A DNA stretch of 61,779 nt, counting the filler, from Rhabdomonas costata (Eukaryota), in assembly GCA_019059605.1 (NCBI GenBank). It is 26 parts of 26 records of this genome, joined end to end, with 100 filler letters (N's around TTAATTAATTAA, not from the genome) between each part and the next. Parts side by side here need not be neighbours in the genome. Positions count along the whole stretch, not along the records: positions 49,997 to 52,276 come from JAHMHO010004326.1; positions 52,377 to 54,653 come from JAHMHO010004327.1; positions 54,754 to 57,031 come from JAHMHO010004328.1; positions 57,132 to 59,408 come from JAHMHO010004329.1; positions 59,509 to 61,779 come from JAHMHO010004330.1; 21 more parts are not named here. One strand, written 5' to 3'. A program made the position numbers and the translations under genes. The notes under the pieces were generated by a model, which worked only from the letters and a program-made list of their open reading frames with translations, had not been told where the DNA came from and searched no databases. The number at the start of each line of letters is the position of its first letter. Within the stretch, counting starts at the first letter, position 1. Positions 50,343-61,779 of the stretch are shown in pieces.

Positions 50343-52216
50343 ACCAGCGATCTCCTCATTGTTCAGCATCTTCGAGACCAGGGCGTGGATGGAGTTCAGC
50401 GGAAGCTCGTAGCGCTCCGCCAAGGCGGTGATGGAGACGCTCTCGAAGAACTGCGAGTACTGCAGCAGGTACACCCGCAGTGCCTCCTCCTTCACCCTGA
50501 ATATGCCAATCGAGGTGGAAATACATACATCAAACAGGTCAGGGGATACAATGAAGTCTAAGAGAGGAGGGCCGAAAACGTGTCGCTCAGTGTGTTTTTA
50601 AAACGTTGTCAGGAGCTGCCTCTCGCCTCTTGACAACCTGTAACTTATCTTCTCAATTGCTGGGTGAAGCTCGTCCAAAACATTCAACTGCGCATACATA
50701 GAAACGACTGCCCTTTGGAGCCTGAATAAAACTGAAAAACACGAAATCCCCTGCCTCAACTGGCAAATGGTAAGAAAACCGGTTCACGGAGTTCGCGCGC
50801 GCACACTATGTGCACGAGGACTGGCGTTGCTGGAGGTCTTTTCTGCCTCCAGAGGGTTTTCAAATTCCCATTCGCTGCTTGGCCGCTTCTCGGGGGGGGG
50901 GGGGGTGAATCACCTCTGTTGCTTGGCGCGCGCGCACAGACACACACACACACATGAAACTGGTGCCTGGCGGTATCTGAAAATCCTACAACCCACACCC
51001 ACCCACACACAAGCACACAGAAGTAACACAGTTCTGCGTGTTTCTTCTGCCAGGCTTCCTGGCCGTACGTTCTCCAGAAAAGAGGTAGGGTCAGGTGAAA
51101 AATGAAGCAGCGCACGCACTTCTGGCGAATCATTGACTTGATCTGCTCCGCGGTGGGCTGCAGGTCCCACGCCGGCAGCTTCAGCACCAGTGTGGCGGCC
51201 TCGCGCCACTCCCCCCGCAGCAGGGCCCGGCTGGCGGCAAAGATGTGGTCTCGGGTGTTCTCCGGCGGCCCCAGGAAGATCTGGGCCTCGTAGTGCTGCA
51301 GCAACTTGTGGTAGGCCTTCGAAAGCACCCTTCGCCGGGTGTCGTGGATGTTCGCCGCCGCCGCCGGGGTCTGAATCCCAACCAACCCACACCATACTGC
51401 GTGGACACAAACACATACGGACGTAGAAAAAATATAACATAGATGGATTGGCGTCCTTTCGCCGAGTTGAACAGGGGGACGTTTTGATGCGATAGTCCAG
51501 CGTGCTCTACCGCCTCGCAGCTGGTGGCGCGCGTGGCCCCGCACGGGGCTATACAGCTACCCCAGCTCGCGAACCCCCCTTACCCAGACTAATTTAGCTT
51601 CTAGACACAGCTTCTTGACACACAGAGCGTGAAAATCCCAACCAACATCCAAACGCTACGTCCCTCTGCTTCATCTCTGCATCGCGTTTGATGACTGCAA
51701 AAGCAACATTACTCGAAACGCCGGCCAACACACCGTACAGCTTCAAAAGGCAAATGCAAACACATGGAACTGGGTGGAGGTGGCACTCGCAAGCACGCGT
51801 TCAAAGGAAGCATTCGAAAAGAGATGCGATCAAACAGGTGGAGAGATAGGGACTGAGTTCTGAGTAAACCTACCCAAGACAAGAGGCTGGGGCAATTCGG
51901 AAATAAAAACTTCCACACGATGCACACGAGGCTGGGGCTTCTGCCATTGTTGCCAGCCTCGCCACTGACCGGACTGCTGGAAGGGATGTGGAGGAGAGTA
52001 CAGGGCACCATGAAATGGAAACCGCACCAAAGGTTCTAAAAGCGACCAGGGAGTCGGAAGGGCGGGAGAGTTAAACCTCCAGCAGCATAGCGGAGACGAG
52101 GTTGACGGACTCCAGCAGGTCCAGATTGATGTGCATGTGGTAGGGAATGAGCTTGAGCTTCTCAATCTTCTCCTGCTCCGGTCTACGGTCCTGCTGGAAC
52201 TTGAGCGGCTGGTACC
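50343..52216 (-). CDS. EIF3C: Translation initiation factor 3 subunit C, C-terminal (PCI) exons (52216-52077, 51370-51120, 50496-~50343)
   Basis: EQEKIEK...[45 protein letters not shown] and [16 protein letters not shown] are diagnostic eIF3c motifs. Phase-compatible GT-AG introns. Confidence 0.96.
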
Positions 52217-53954
52217 CTGCAAAACCGGTAAGGAGCAGAAAGAAGATTGAGAAGCTCAAGCTCATTCCCAACCCCCNNNNNNNNNNNNNNNNNNNNNNNN
52301 NNNNNNNNNNNNNNNNNNNNTTAATTAATTAANNNNNNNNNNNNNNNNNNNNNNNNNNNNNNNNNNNNNNNNNNNNGTGTGTGGGTTGATACGCCGTCCT
52401 AGATTCGTTCGATTCCTCGAATTCGCTGAGGACTCTCATTCTGGCGATGAAGTACGCATTGGTCATCGCCATGGGTCATTGTAGCGTCAGAGTGAGGCAT
52501 CATAGCAGAATTATCGGCATCTCCTTTCACCCTGAGACCTGTTTCCCTTCTGTCTTACATCCTTCCGTTTTTGTTTTTGGTATAAAAAAAGTCGATAAAA
52601 TCCTCTGTATTTTTCAAATTAGAAGCTGCGTGTGGTGCATTTCCAGGGCGAAAAGTGGAGGAAAACTAATATTCTGCTCATCGGATAACGCGACTCTGAA
52701 ACTCCTTTTTAGTTTTTTTTTTCTGTTTCGGAGGTAATTATGTATTTCCTGAGTCTGACCTTTGCTAGGTCTGTGTTCTGTCATTTATTTTAATGAATAA
52801 ATGCATTAGAGGAATCAGGCATACAATTTGCACAAGTTGTTTTGTGAGCTTACGTATTTGTATAAAAATTGCAGGACAAAGAGTGGGTCATGAATTTTTA
52901 GTGTTCGAAGGCGGTGGTGGTGGTGGAAGTTTGGCTGCAGAAGGCCAGTGGTTTTTAAGTACGGTTCGTTTTCTTTTGGGGATATCTTGGAACGGTATCA
53001 TGGTGTCACAGTTTATTCTCCAGACTGTGCCCCTGGGCGGGCGTTTGGTACCAGAGCGTTGTTTCGATGTCACCGAAAAAAACGCGAGGAAAGAAGGGCA
53101 AGAAAAGCAAGCATTCCAAAAAGGAAAAAAGTGCTGGGGAAGGAGAAGGGTTTGGGCAGGCACCGACAGGCACCGAAACCCCGGGGAAGGAATGTGGAAT
53201 GTGGTCAAGGAATTACCGCTGTTGGGTTGTGTCAAGGGTCGTGCAAGCTGGTGTGAAAGAGGTTGTCGTTCTATTCCTTACTGTACTTAACTGTCCTGGG
53301 GTTTGGACAGCTCGTGGTGGCTTTCCCATTTTGCATCCTTGCAAAACGCCTTGAGCGTGGCAAACGACGCAGCGCAGCACACGACGAGTGGAAGAAGGGC
53401 TGCACAGTAACACAGAGCGAATGTTTCAATGTTTTTTTCGACAACAAACCACTCACTACAGTGGTTCCTCCTGCTTTTGCAAACTGACCGAGGTTGGTGG
53501 GGGAGCTGTACATGGTCCCCCAAAGGCTCTACCCATAAGTCCTGGTACGTGCTTATTGAAACCTTTTCATAAAATCATTTATGCAGTTTCTGAGGCCCAA
53601 TTTTCTACTGCAATGTTTTCATCATTTTGCAATTTTTTAGCCCTTTATTTGGAATGATGAACTTTAGGTTTTTAGGTTTTTTCCTGACCGACCTAATCTA
53701 CTGAGTTGAGGCTCCAGTTCTGTATCTGCTTGCTGGGCCGTGGCCAGGCTGCGATTGTCTTGCATTTTAGATTTTGGTGGTCAAGAAGCGCGTTTCTGGT
53801 TCTGAGGACTTTTGGCAGAACTTTTGCTGGTGCAGACGCGTGTGAAAGGACCGTGCTGAGGAAATGAAGGCTCCGCCTTCCCTCTGCATCGCCTTGTAAA
53901 AATGCCCAGTGATGTAGACAAGTTCTTTTTTTTTTTTTGCATTTTCGTTTTGTA

Positions 53955-54395
53955 TTATGCATCGCTTTTTTTTGGGTCGACCGGTTGCATATTTCGCCCC
54001 CCGTCCTCCCGATTTATGTCAACCGTACGTTTGATCTCGCGAGTGATTGGGGTTGATTGCGTTCGGTTGGGTTGGTTACGGTCAGGTCGTGTGTTGTAGG
54101 TTATGTCTGCCAATCTCTCTGTACGTAGAGACATGCCTGCCATTGTAGCCGCTTGGATTAATGGACGGGGTGTACTTATGCTCAAGCTTGCATTTCTGTG
54201 TTCTGCTAGCGTACGGCGCGGAATGCCAGCAGGAGTGGCTGGCGGTGGCTCCACTGGCGGGGCCCCTGGTAACGTGAAATCGTTGCTTGCGCCACTTGCT
54301 GCTTGTCGGTATTTCTCGGCTCTCTCACGCGCGAAGTCCAGGTCGCCTCTCCGGGGCGTCAGACTTGCTGTGCCTGGCCGCTTCCGCAACAGCAT
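53955..54395 (-). CDS. Intronless hypothetical ORF (146 aa)
   Basis: GCGCCATG start context and an uninterrupted frame with no recognisable domain, followed by an A-rich tract. Confidence 0.25.
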   Translation of the reverse strand: MLLRKRPGTASLTPRRGDLDFARERAEKYRQAASGASNDFTLPGAPPVEPPPATPAGIPRRTLAEHRNASLSISTPRPLIQAATMAGMSLRTERLADITYNTRPDRNQPNRTQSTPITREIKRTVDINREDGGRNMQPVDPKKSDA

Positions 54396-54835
54396 GGCGC
54401 GTTTTCCAGGGGTGGGACAAGTTCAAACTGTGAATAAATGTTGCAGGTAAGGAAATTTCCTCAAAGTGGAAGCTCAATCACCGATTTCCGCCATTTAGCT
54501 GCCCGTTAAAAGTTGTATACGAGTAATAACACGGAAAATTGACGGAAAATTTCGATTACTCGCTTCGATTACCAATTACCACGAAGCGCGAATTCAAAAA
54601 ATAGGGGACTTCTTTTTACTTTTTGAAAGCTCGCTTCGAGTTGATGAGCCACCNNNNNNNNNNNNNNNNNNNNNNNNNNNNNNNNNNNNNNNNNNNNTTA
54701 ATTAATTAANNNNNNNNNNNNNNNNNNNNNNNNNNNNNNNNNNNNNNNNNNNNGGTGGGTTGTGCTTTATAAGCGATGCTAGTGTGCGTTTGGATGGGGG
54801 TTTATGTTCCTGTTCTCTATGACGTTGTGCTTTAG

Positions 54836-57000
54836 TTCATTGGGGACTGCATCATGGCGCTGTGGAACGCCCCGCGCACGCTGCCTGGGCACCAGTTGGC
54901 TGCCTGCCACGCCGCCCTGAAGATGCAGGTGGAGCTGCTGCGGCTGTGCAGCACGCTGTAAAACGAGCCCGGAGTTCCGAAGATCCGGTGCGCATGCCCC
55001 TAGATCGCACAGTACTGATTACCAGGTTGGGGGTAAGTTGCTTTCGAGTTTATTCGCTTAGAGCTCACTTTTGCTTCTATTTCTTTTTTTTGTAGGTATG
55101 CTTTGATTTTGCGTTGTGTGTGTGTTGCAAGGATTTTTTTGCTTCTTCTTTGAGTCCTTCGAAACTCGTATCTCTTTTGATTGAATCTTCTTGGTTTGTT
55201 CGCTCCGCAAGGAGCCAGTGTCTTGGCTTCTTTTTTACCTGAACTTGGACACTTCTCTGCGCACATTCTAATCCCTCTCCCTTCGTTGGCTGTGCTCTTT
55301 CTGCATAGGCGTACCTTGTGGTGTCACATCCCTCCCCCTCCCCCTCACAGGTTCCGCTGTGGCGTCAACACGGCGCGGGTGATGGTGGGGAACTTCGGTT
55401 GTGACTACCGCATCTCCTACACCGTGATGGGTATGCCTGGGTTATCCCTCGGCTTGCTTGTCATTGCATACAGACTTTTCTGAACGGGCGAAATTAGAGT
55501 CTTTGTATCTTCAGCCTGGCAGCGCGTGTTCGAACCTCGGAGGGGGGGTATTCTTTTATTAAGCAGCAAGCAAAGCAAAGAGCATCCCATCACTTTGACA
55601 ATATAATTCTCATTCCATAGCCGGCAGTTATGGGGAACCCCGATGGGATTAACCGGCTGCACCACTCCGGGCCCTGATGAGCTGGCAGCTCACACGGGCG
55701 ATAGCCGAGGACAAGATTCCAGGACGCCGCAGCGAGGTCTGCGGGATCATGACCCGAGTGCAGAGCCTCGTGCCGGACCAGCTTCCGCACGCACCAGGTG
55801 CTGCCCGCCATGTTCACAACACTGTTAGTGGCCATAACGAAGGCGGTGAACGACCAGCACCTGACCTGACAGGCAGACTCGTTGAACGCCAGCCGAGGCT
55901 CGCGCTTCCTCCGCGGCAATTGTTACCACCGTCGCTGGAGCTTGCGCTGATGGGTGCAACGCCGCCTGAGGGTGCAAGGACCGGCCACACAGCGTTTCCG
56001 GAGGCCCAGTGTATATACAAAAGACCCCAGGGCCTGCTTCGGGCGGTTGACTGCGACGTCGAGAGCAGCTGGGAAGATGTCGGCAAAAATTGGGACGAAC
56101 AAATCTGCATCTGCTGGTATCAGGATAGATGCAACTTATTGTGCAAGAGCTACCAGTTGATCGCGGCTGACGTTCAGCCGTGGAAGGCGGAAGGTCATCA
56201 AGTACCGAAGAAAGGTCCAACGCGCCCAGATCATCCAAATGGTCCATCCACTGCTGTTCCCAACAGGGGTGCAACGACCACAGCCCACCTCCACTTCAGG
56301 AGGGTGCCCTCTATTTTCAGCCCCTGGGGCCTTGACAGTTTCCGGGTACAAGGGTACCCTGGCATTTTGTTCCTTTGCTAATAGGCTGGCCTATTGGGCC
56401 TATAGCCTATAGGCCAGACGGGGGGGCGTGTATGGATATTGTGCTTCACAGGAGATGGTGTGAACCTGGCCAGCCGCCTGGAAGCCGCTAACAAGGTGCG
56501 CTGATCTGTTGTGAGTGCTGTGCACCTGGACGTCTTTGATGTGCTAGACTCTTGCAAATTTTGTTTTTCTTCGTGCAACCCTGCTATTCTTCTGAAAATG
56601 ACGTGGGGACGAGCGGCCGAGAATATGGAGTTCACGCAACAGTTTTGCATTTTCTGGCGCACCACACCATCAATGTGCAGTGGATCATCTCTTATTTCGA
56701 GGTCTCTCTTGAACATTTACGGGAATATAAACATCTAACCGTTCAAACGGAAAATGCATCGTTCACGCAATCGCACCGTTTTGTTTGCATTTTATCGATT
56801 TCCGTTCAACATGGTGGTTTTGGGGCCCTGTTTTTGGATTGTGTAGGCATTTGGCACGGTGACCTTGGTGTCGGAGAGCACTTACTTGGGGGCCTGCTCT
56901 TCGAACGCGGCCTGTGTAGGCAGCGGAGAGGCTGTGGAGTTCCGGAAGCTGGGTAAGTTGGCCGTTCCAGGCAAGGCCGAGGTGGTGACGGTGTACGAGC
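54836..57000 (+). CDS. Class III adenylate cyclase catalytic domain (exons 54836-54987, 55351-55430, 56452-56495, 56847-~57000), with an in-frame TAA at 54959-54961
   Basis: Spliced FIGDCIMALWNAP...HAALKMQ...STL*NEPGVPKIRFRCGVNTARVMVGNFGCDYRISYTVMGDGVNLASRLEAANKAFGTVTLVSESTY...VPGKAEVVTVYE has the GD, YT..GD and NLASR motifs. Confidence 0.92.
55660..56300 (-). mobile_element. 3' fragment of an RLE-class non-LTR retrotransposon inside the cyclase intron 55431-56451
   Basis: Across frameshifts it reads RSRPWGLLYIHWASG (RPGD-like), WSFTAFVMATNSVV...VRKLVRHEALHSG.DP.DLAA.SW and LSSAIARVSCQLIRA, which matches the C-terminal endonuclease region of CRE-like elements. Confidence 0.65.
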
Positions 57001-57514
57001 CAACTTACCCAGCTTTCGGAACCCCACACCCNNNNNNNNNNNNNNNNNNNNNNNNNNNNNNNNNNNNNNNNNNNNTTAATTAATTAANNNNNNNNNNNNN
57101 NNNNNNNNNNNNNNNNNNNNNNNNNNNNNNNGTTTTGTGCCACCGAGCACATCACCGAGGGCCAAGAACATTTGAATGCACGAGCACGGACGTGAAAGTA
57201 TTGGGAGTTCTGGATGCACCGACCTCAAAGATCAAGGTGAGGTAAAGTATCAACTGTTCAAAGCTCAATTCAAAGGTCAATGCAACCCTGTTCCTACTAA
57301 TAAAAGTATCTTTTCCTTTTCAAGCAACATGGCTCCGGAAATTCCTCGGATGCCGCTGATCACTGCACTCATCTTCTGGACCCGACACGATGCGGAGGCT
57401 CAAGCCGAGAGGGTGAAGAGCCCGAAAGACGACAACTGCTCTGAAGTTCCATTGCTTATCGTACACAGCAGGGAAAGCTAGAGAGAGTCAGTGAAGCAGA
57501 GCGTGCCGGCGCAC

Positions 57515-58682
57515 CCGAGCTGTCCCTGAGGGAGGCCGTGAGCTCCGAGGGTCGGCCAATGGGAAGCTGCGCCAGGTCCAGCGTGGCTGAGCCCAGCGGG
57601 GTGCCGTCTGGTTTGTGAATCGCCGTCACCTCCATCGCGCTGACCGGGGCCTGGTGCTGCCCCGGGCCCACGGGGCGGATCCGCACGTAGAAGGTGTAGG
57701 CCTCGTTGAACTCCGGCTCTCCGGTATGCTATTATTCGGAGAGTTTGCAGGAACCTCGTAGGACAAGCAGCGAAAGGTTTGCACAACACACAGTACAGTA
57801 GAGATTAATAGAGATTGAAGGGGAGGGGAGGGGAGCATTTGCTCGACCGCCTGCTTGATGCTTGTGGGAATGGTTGTGTAAAAATAGGGACGCGGAGGAT
57901 GGGCGATGCAGAAACAGCGAATCGAATTAGCCGGATGCGGAACGCGTGAATTTCGAGAGGGAAAAGAAAAGTTCAGATTCTTTTTCTGCGGGTTTTTTTT
58001 TCGAAGGGGGGGCTTCTTTTTCTTACAAAAGCTTGGGTTGTCTTACTCGTACTCGGCCCTTCATCACCGCGAGCTTTGTTCAAAACGAACGGCAACACAA
58101 ACAAGGACGGACCCCAGCTGAAAACTTCAGCTCATTCACCGAAATCACCTAGACATTCAACATTCAGTTGCTTCCATGCAGAGTCCATCTCAACCGCCAA
58201 CCCTCCGGGAGCAACCTCAACCTCACTTAGACCTGCAACTAAGACGCAGACTGCCATTGCGAGACGGCGAGCAGAGAAAACGGCCAGAATCTCCAGGGAC
58301 GCACGTGAATCGGCGCACTCGTTCCCAACTGAGTTGCTGCCAGCCAGTTGATCAGCAGGGAGTGCTCAAAAAATAAGAAAGGAGGGGTCCCGTCTGTTTT
58401 TCTTTTTTTTGCGGGGGGGGGGGCGTTAAATGGCATAACGCCGTTATATGCTATGCCGCATGAGGTTTACAACGGCAACCCTGAAGGCTAGGAGGTGGCC
58501 ACCCAACAAGTCGTCACTGAATTCAGGGCCGTTCCAAAAAAAAAAGGGCAACGTGTACACCTGCTTGGCAGCCGTTTCGATCGCCTTCTCGCCGATCCTC
58601 ACCCTCACCAAGGGACTGGGCACTGCCCCGCCGCCAGGGCGGCACAAGCCCGCGCCCCTCAACACCTTGATCTTCATCGTGC
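57515..58682 (-). CDS. C2-domain protein (exons 58682-58561, 57728-57515)
   Basis: Spliced GTMKIKVLRGAGL...PSPLVRVRIGEKAIETAAKQ HTGEPEFNEAYTFYV...MEVTAIH...LGSATLDLAQL matches the C2 pattern (P.FNE.F.F, LG...I.L). Confidence 0.85.
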
Positions 58683-59515
58683 CTGAAGGCAGGGCGAAAG
58701 AGAGAGAAAGAAAGAGAGAAAGAGGGCAGAAACACCATAGCGACCCCGCTCACAGTTGCAGAGAGGTTTTCGAAACACCTTCGGTCAGCAGCAACAAAAG
58801 AAGACAACGACAAGGAATAGTCAGCCCCCCCCCCCAAAAAAAAAGAACAGAGACCGTGAAAGCTCAGCGAATTCTCATTCTTTCCGAATGTTTCCCATAG
58901 GTTTGCTTGGGCTGCGCTGTTATTGGGTCTGAGAAAGGGTATCTGCGTACCGATGCATGTTTGCGGCTGGCCCAGTGATGTGCGCTTTGCAGTGTTTCCC
59001 TTGGCTCCACCGCCTTTCCAGTTCGCTTACTTTTGTACCTTTTTTTTTCGCTGCCTTTTCAGTTTGGTTGTGCTTCTTCTTCTGGCGCCCCGTTCCTCAC
59101 CACACAGCAGCACACAGCAGCCACTGTACCCCACGGAAGGGAGTGTATTACATATCTGGTGTGCGTGTGTCTGCCCTCCACTACAGCACACCAAAGGGAC
59201 CTTTTCAGAGCCAAAACCCCTCCGAACACGCGCAGAAAACAGAAAAGGAGCTATACCGACGCCGTGGGCAGGGGAAACGTTTGGAGCCCGGTGCGCTGCA
59301 TGACGCCTGGGAAGAGCAAAAAAAAAAGAAGAAGGGATGAACCTAAAGTGCGGCTAAAATCCCTCCCTCCCAAGAGAAATCATAAGCTACTGATATTGCT
59401 GAAAAACANNNNNNNNNNNNNNNNNNNNNNNNNNNNNNNNNNNNNNNNNNNNTTAATTAATTAANNNNNNNNNNNNNNNNNNNNNNNNNNNNNNNNNNNN
59501 NNNNNNNNGTTGGTT

Positions 59516-61530
59516 GGTGACATTTCCTTGGCGTATCCTCCCGTGCCCTCGCCCTCCTCCTTGACAGTGACCTGTGTGCGTGGCACCCAGAACCATTGTT
59601 AGCCGTTCGCCTCTGCGCTGATATCTTAGCATCCTCTCGAACGGTCCACACTGCTGCTCAAGTGTCGGAAGTGTCACGCTCACACGTCCCTTTGCGTATC
59701 AGCTAACAGGGGTTTGGTGAGAAATCCAAATTTAAACCACCCCTCATTCTCACTCTTTGACCCGAACGAATGGACAATCACTCAAAACCACACAACCACA
59801 CACAGCGAGAGAGTTGGTTAGAAGAGCTGAGGCTTGCCCCCCCCTCCCCCCATTTTATGGAAAAAGAGCACAAGTGGAGTGTGCACAAACAAAGGCAGAG
59901 AACAAAAAAAATCAAACAAAGGTGTGCGAAGGTGTGCGGGCGTGTGAAGGGTAGAAGCTCCCGTGGCGGTGGTGTGGTACAACTGAGGACCGGGTGGACA
60001 CACACACACAACGCGCCAACAAACCGTAAGGAACTCTGCGCCGAGAGATTCGACTTGCTCCTTCACCGCCGCACGGGTATCAAAGGCCCGGACGATAGCT
60101 CCCATTCCCACTGCCGTACCCACAGCAGAAAGGCCAGCCACTCCAGCACCGACAATGACGACCTGTGGGTGTGAGGGAGGAAGTAGAATGCCGAAGAGCA
60201 GGAAGTGGTTCCTCTCGGTGGGTGCGAACGAGGTCAGACCTTGGCTGCGGGCATGCGGCCCGCGGCAGTAATCTGCATCCCAAAAAACCTCTCGAAAACG
60301 TTCGCGGCCTCGATCACGGCCCGGTAGCCAGCGATGTTGGCCATGGAGGACAGCGCGTCAAAGACCTGTAAAGCAAAGCAGGGAAGCCGGCAGTGTGAAC
60401 CTCTTGAGCTTCAATGCCAGTTCTCCAACTGCGGGTTAGGGCCGAGGCAAACCTGGGAACGGCTGATGCGAGGGATGCAGTCCATAGCGAGCACGGTGCA
60501 CTTTCGGGCCTTCAGCAGGTCCACCACAGCGGAGTTCTGAGCGGGCTGGACGAAGCTGATCAGAGTGCCGCCCTCCTTTACCAGAGTGGCCTCGTGCGCG
60601 CCGACGGCCTTGTCCTCTTCGGGCACACGGACCTAGTTGACAACAGAAGGAAAGACAGCGACGGTGATGTGGGCTCTTTGGAGGACGAGCATTAAACGTC
60701 TAACGGTGACTATACGGTTCTGATCGGCAGACAAAAATTCTTGGGCAGAGTAGAGTCCGAGCAATGCACGAGCAATGAGAGGCAGGCCTGGGGTCTTTTG
60801 CACACACCTGAGTCCTGAGTCCGACCCACTTCCTACCACAAAACCCGAAGCCCGAAATGCCCCATCCCTACCCGAAAGATTATAGCTGTCCCGTGATTCG
60901 GAGCGTTAAAGTGAAAGCATGTTGGTGTGTTTTCAAAGCACGAAACAAAAAATAAACAATGAGCGAAAGACCAAAAAGCAACGGAAAAGACACAAGATTA
61001 GAGAATAGAATTAGAGAATGCCTTCAGAAGGATATCAGATGACCCCCAGAGCTCTTTCTTGTCTTCCACAATCTTCGCCCCAGCCTTGACGTACAACTCA
61101 TCAGAGAATTTGGCCAAGGCCCCGGCACCCTTCTGCACCCAGACCACCAAGCCCTTCTCGCACAGTGACTTCACCCCATCAGGGGTAACCCCGACTCGCT
61201 TCTCCCCTTTGTGGATTTCCTGTGAAACGAGAATGGCAAAAAGCGAAGAGCAGCAAAGGAAATTTCCTGCTTCTCGATGGGTTGGCAACCCGCTGCACGT
61301 GACCCGCTCCTCGTCCTCCCCGTCCTCCAAAAACGTTGGTGGCACAATTTGCTCAATGGCAGTGCTTGGCAGTGTGACAAAGAAGCGAAACCTGAATTGC
61401 ATACCCTGGGAACTCCCAGCACAAGACCCCTCAGCAGGACCCCCTTGCCGTCGTCGGGGGAGGCAGCTTTGCCGTCAAATGTGCTGTAGCCGCCAGGTTT
61501 TGGGGTGATCTTGGTCTTCTCTTCGGCCAT
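59516..61530 (-). CDS. NNT: NAD(P) transhydrogenase, alpha/domain I exons (61530-61405, ~61219-61022, 60632-60453, 60365-60240, 60162-60025, 59571-end)
   Basis: [83 protein letters not shown] and [10 protein letters not shown]. Five phase-0 introns, one of them GC-AG. Confidence 0.97.
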
Positions 61531-61752
61531 TGTCAAGAAAGGTCTGCTCGCAGGAACAAAGCCCCCTATCCCTGAACTCGTCTCGACCACCCGCCCAAAT
61601 ATTGGCGCTTTTCTTCCGCAGCTTTCACTTTGACTGTCTGGAATCCCTGGGGACAACGGGAGAGGGCCCAGCTGCTCTGCTCGTTTGGTTATTTGACCAC
61701 GGGGAGGCTTCACTGTTCGAAAATTCGCACACAAGGATCACAACCACAGTTT

Positions 61753-61779
61753 CCACACAACCCCAAACACACCCACCAC
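61753..61779 (-). other. G/T-only whole-genome-amplification primer remnant
   Basis: Reverse complement GTGGTGGGTGTGTTTGG..., identical to the start of the contig at 49997. Most contigs begin G/T-only and end A/C-only. Confidence 0.8.

Noticed and set aside
54625-54653. GAAAGCTCGCTTCGAGTTGATGAG, hammerhead-like
   Set aside because: Too short to form stems I and III, and truncated by the contig end.
55674-55710. CTGATGAG hammerhead-ribozyme core inside the cyclase intron
   Set aside because: No correctly placed GAAA or stems. It is the antisense of the retroelement coding sequence (QLIRA).

Overview
This window is not one locus. It is 26 unrelated contigs of about 2.27-2.28 kb, joined by 25 artificial 100-nt spacers (N44-TTAATTAATTAA-N44), so nothing can be inferred from adjacency across spacers. 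The DNA is from an intron-rich eukaryote, most likely a euglenozoan (euglenid or diplonemid-like): it has a kinetoplastid PDEB-type phosphodiesterase, CRE/SLACS-like retroelements and splice acceptors just upstream of start codons. G/T-only contig ends and terminal fold-back inversions point to whole-genome-amplified (single-cell) material. Splicing exons by hand gives fragments of an actin-related protein, a PhzE/TrpE(G)-type chorismate-utilising enzyme, a putative ADP-ribosyltransferase, a GT77-like glycosyltransferase, degenerate 5'-nucleotidase-like and PstS-like domains, a mucolipin-type channel, PDE, thioredoxin, Skp1, a SET methyltransferase, AlaX/AARSD1, RPB2, eIF3c, a class III adenylate cyclase, a C2 protein and NAD(P) transhydrogenase, plus decayed LTR and non-LTR retroelements. 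The most notable items are an intron-containing bacterial PhzE-like gene (probable HGT), an in-frame TAA in an otherwise intact cyclase exon, frequent non-consensus GC-AG introns, and a G+T-skewed, possibly mitochondrial contig with a TGA=Trp ORF. All family calls come from motif recognition, not database searches.
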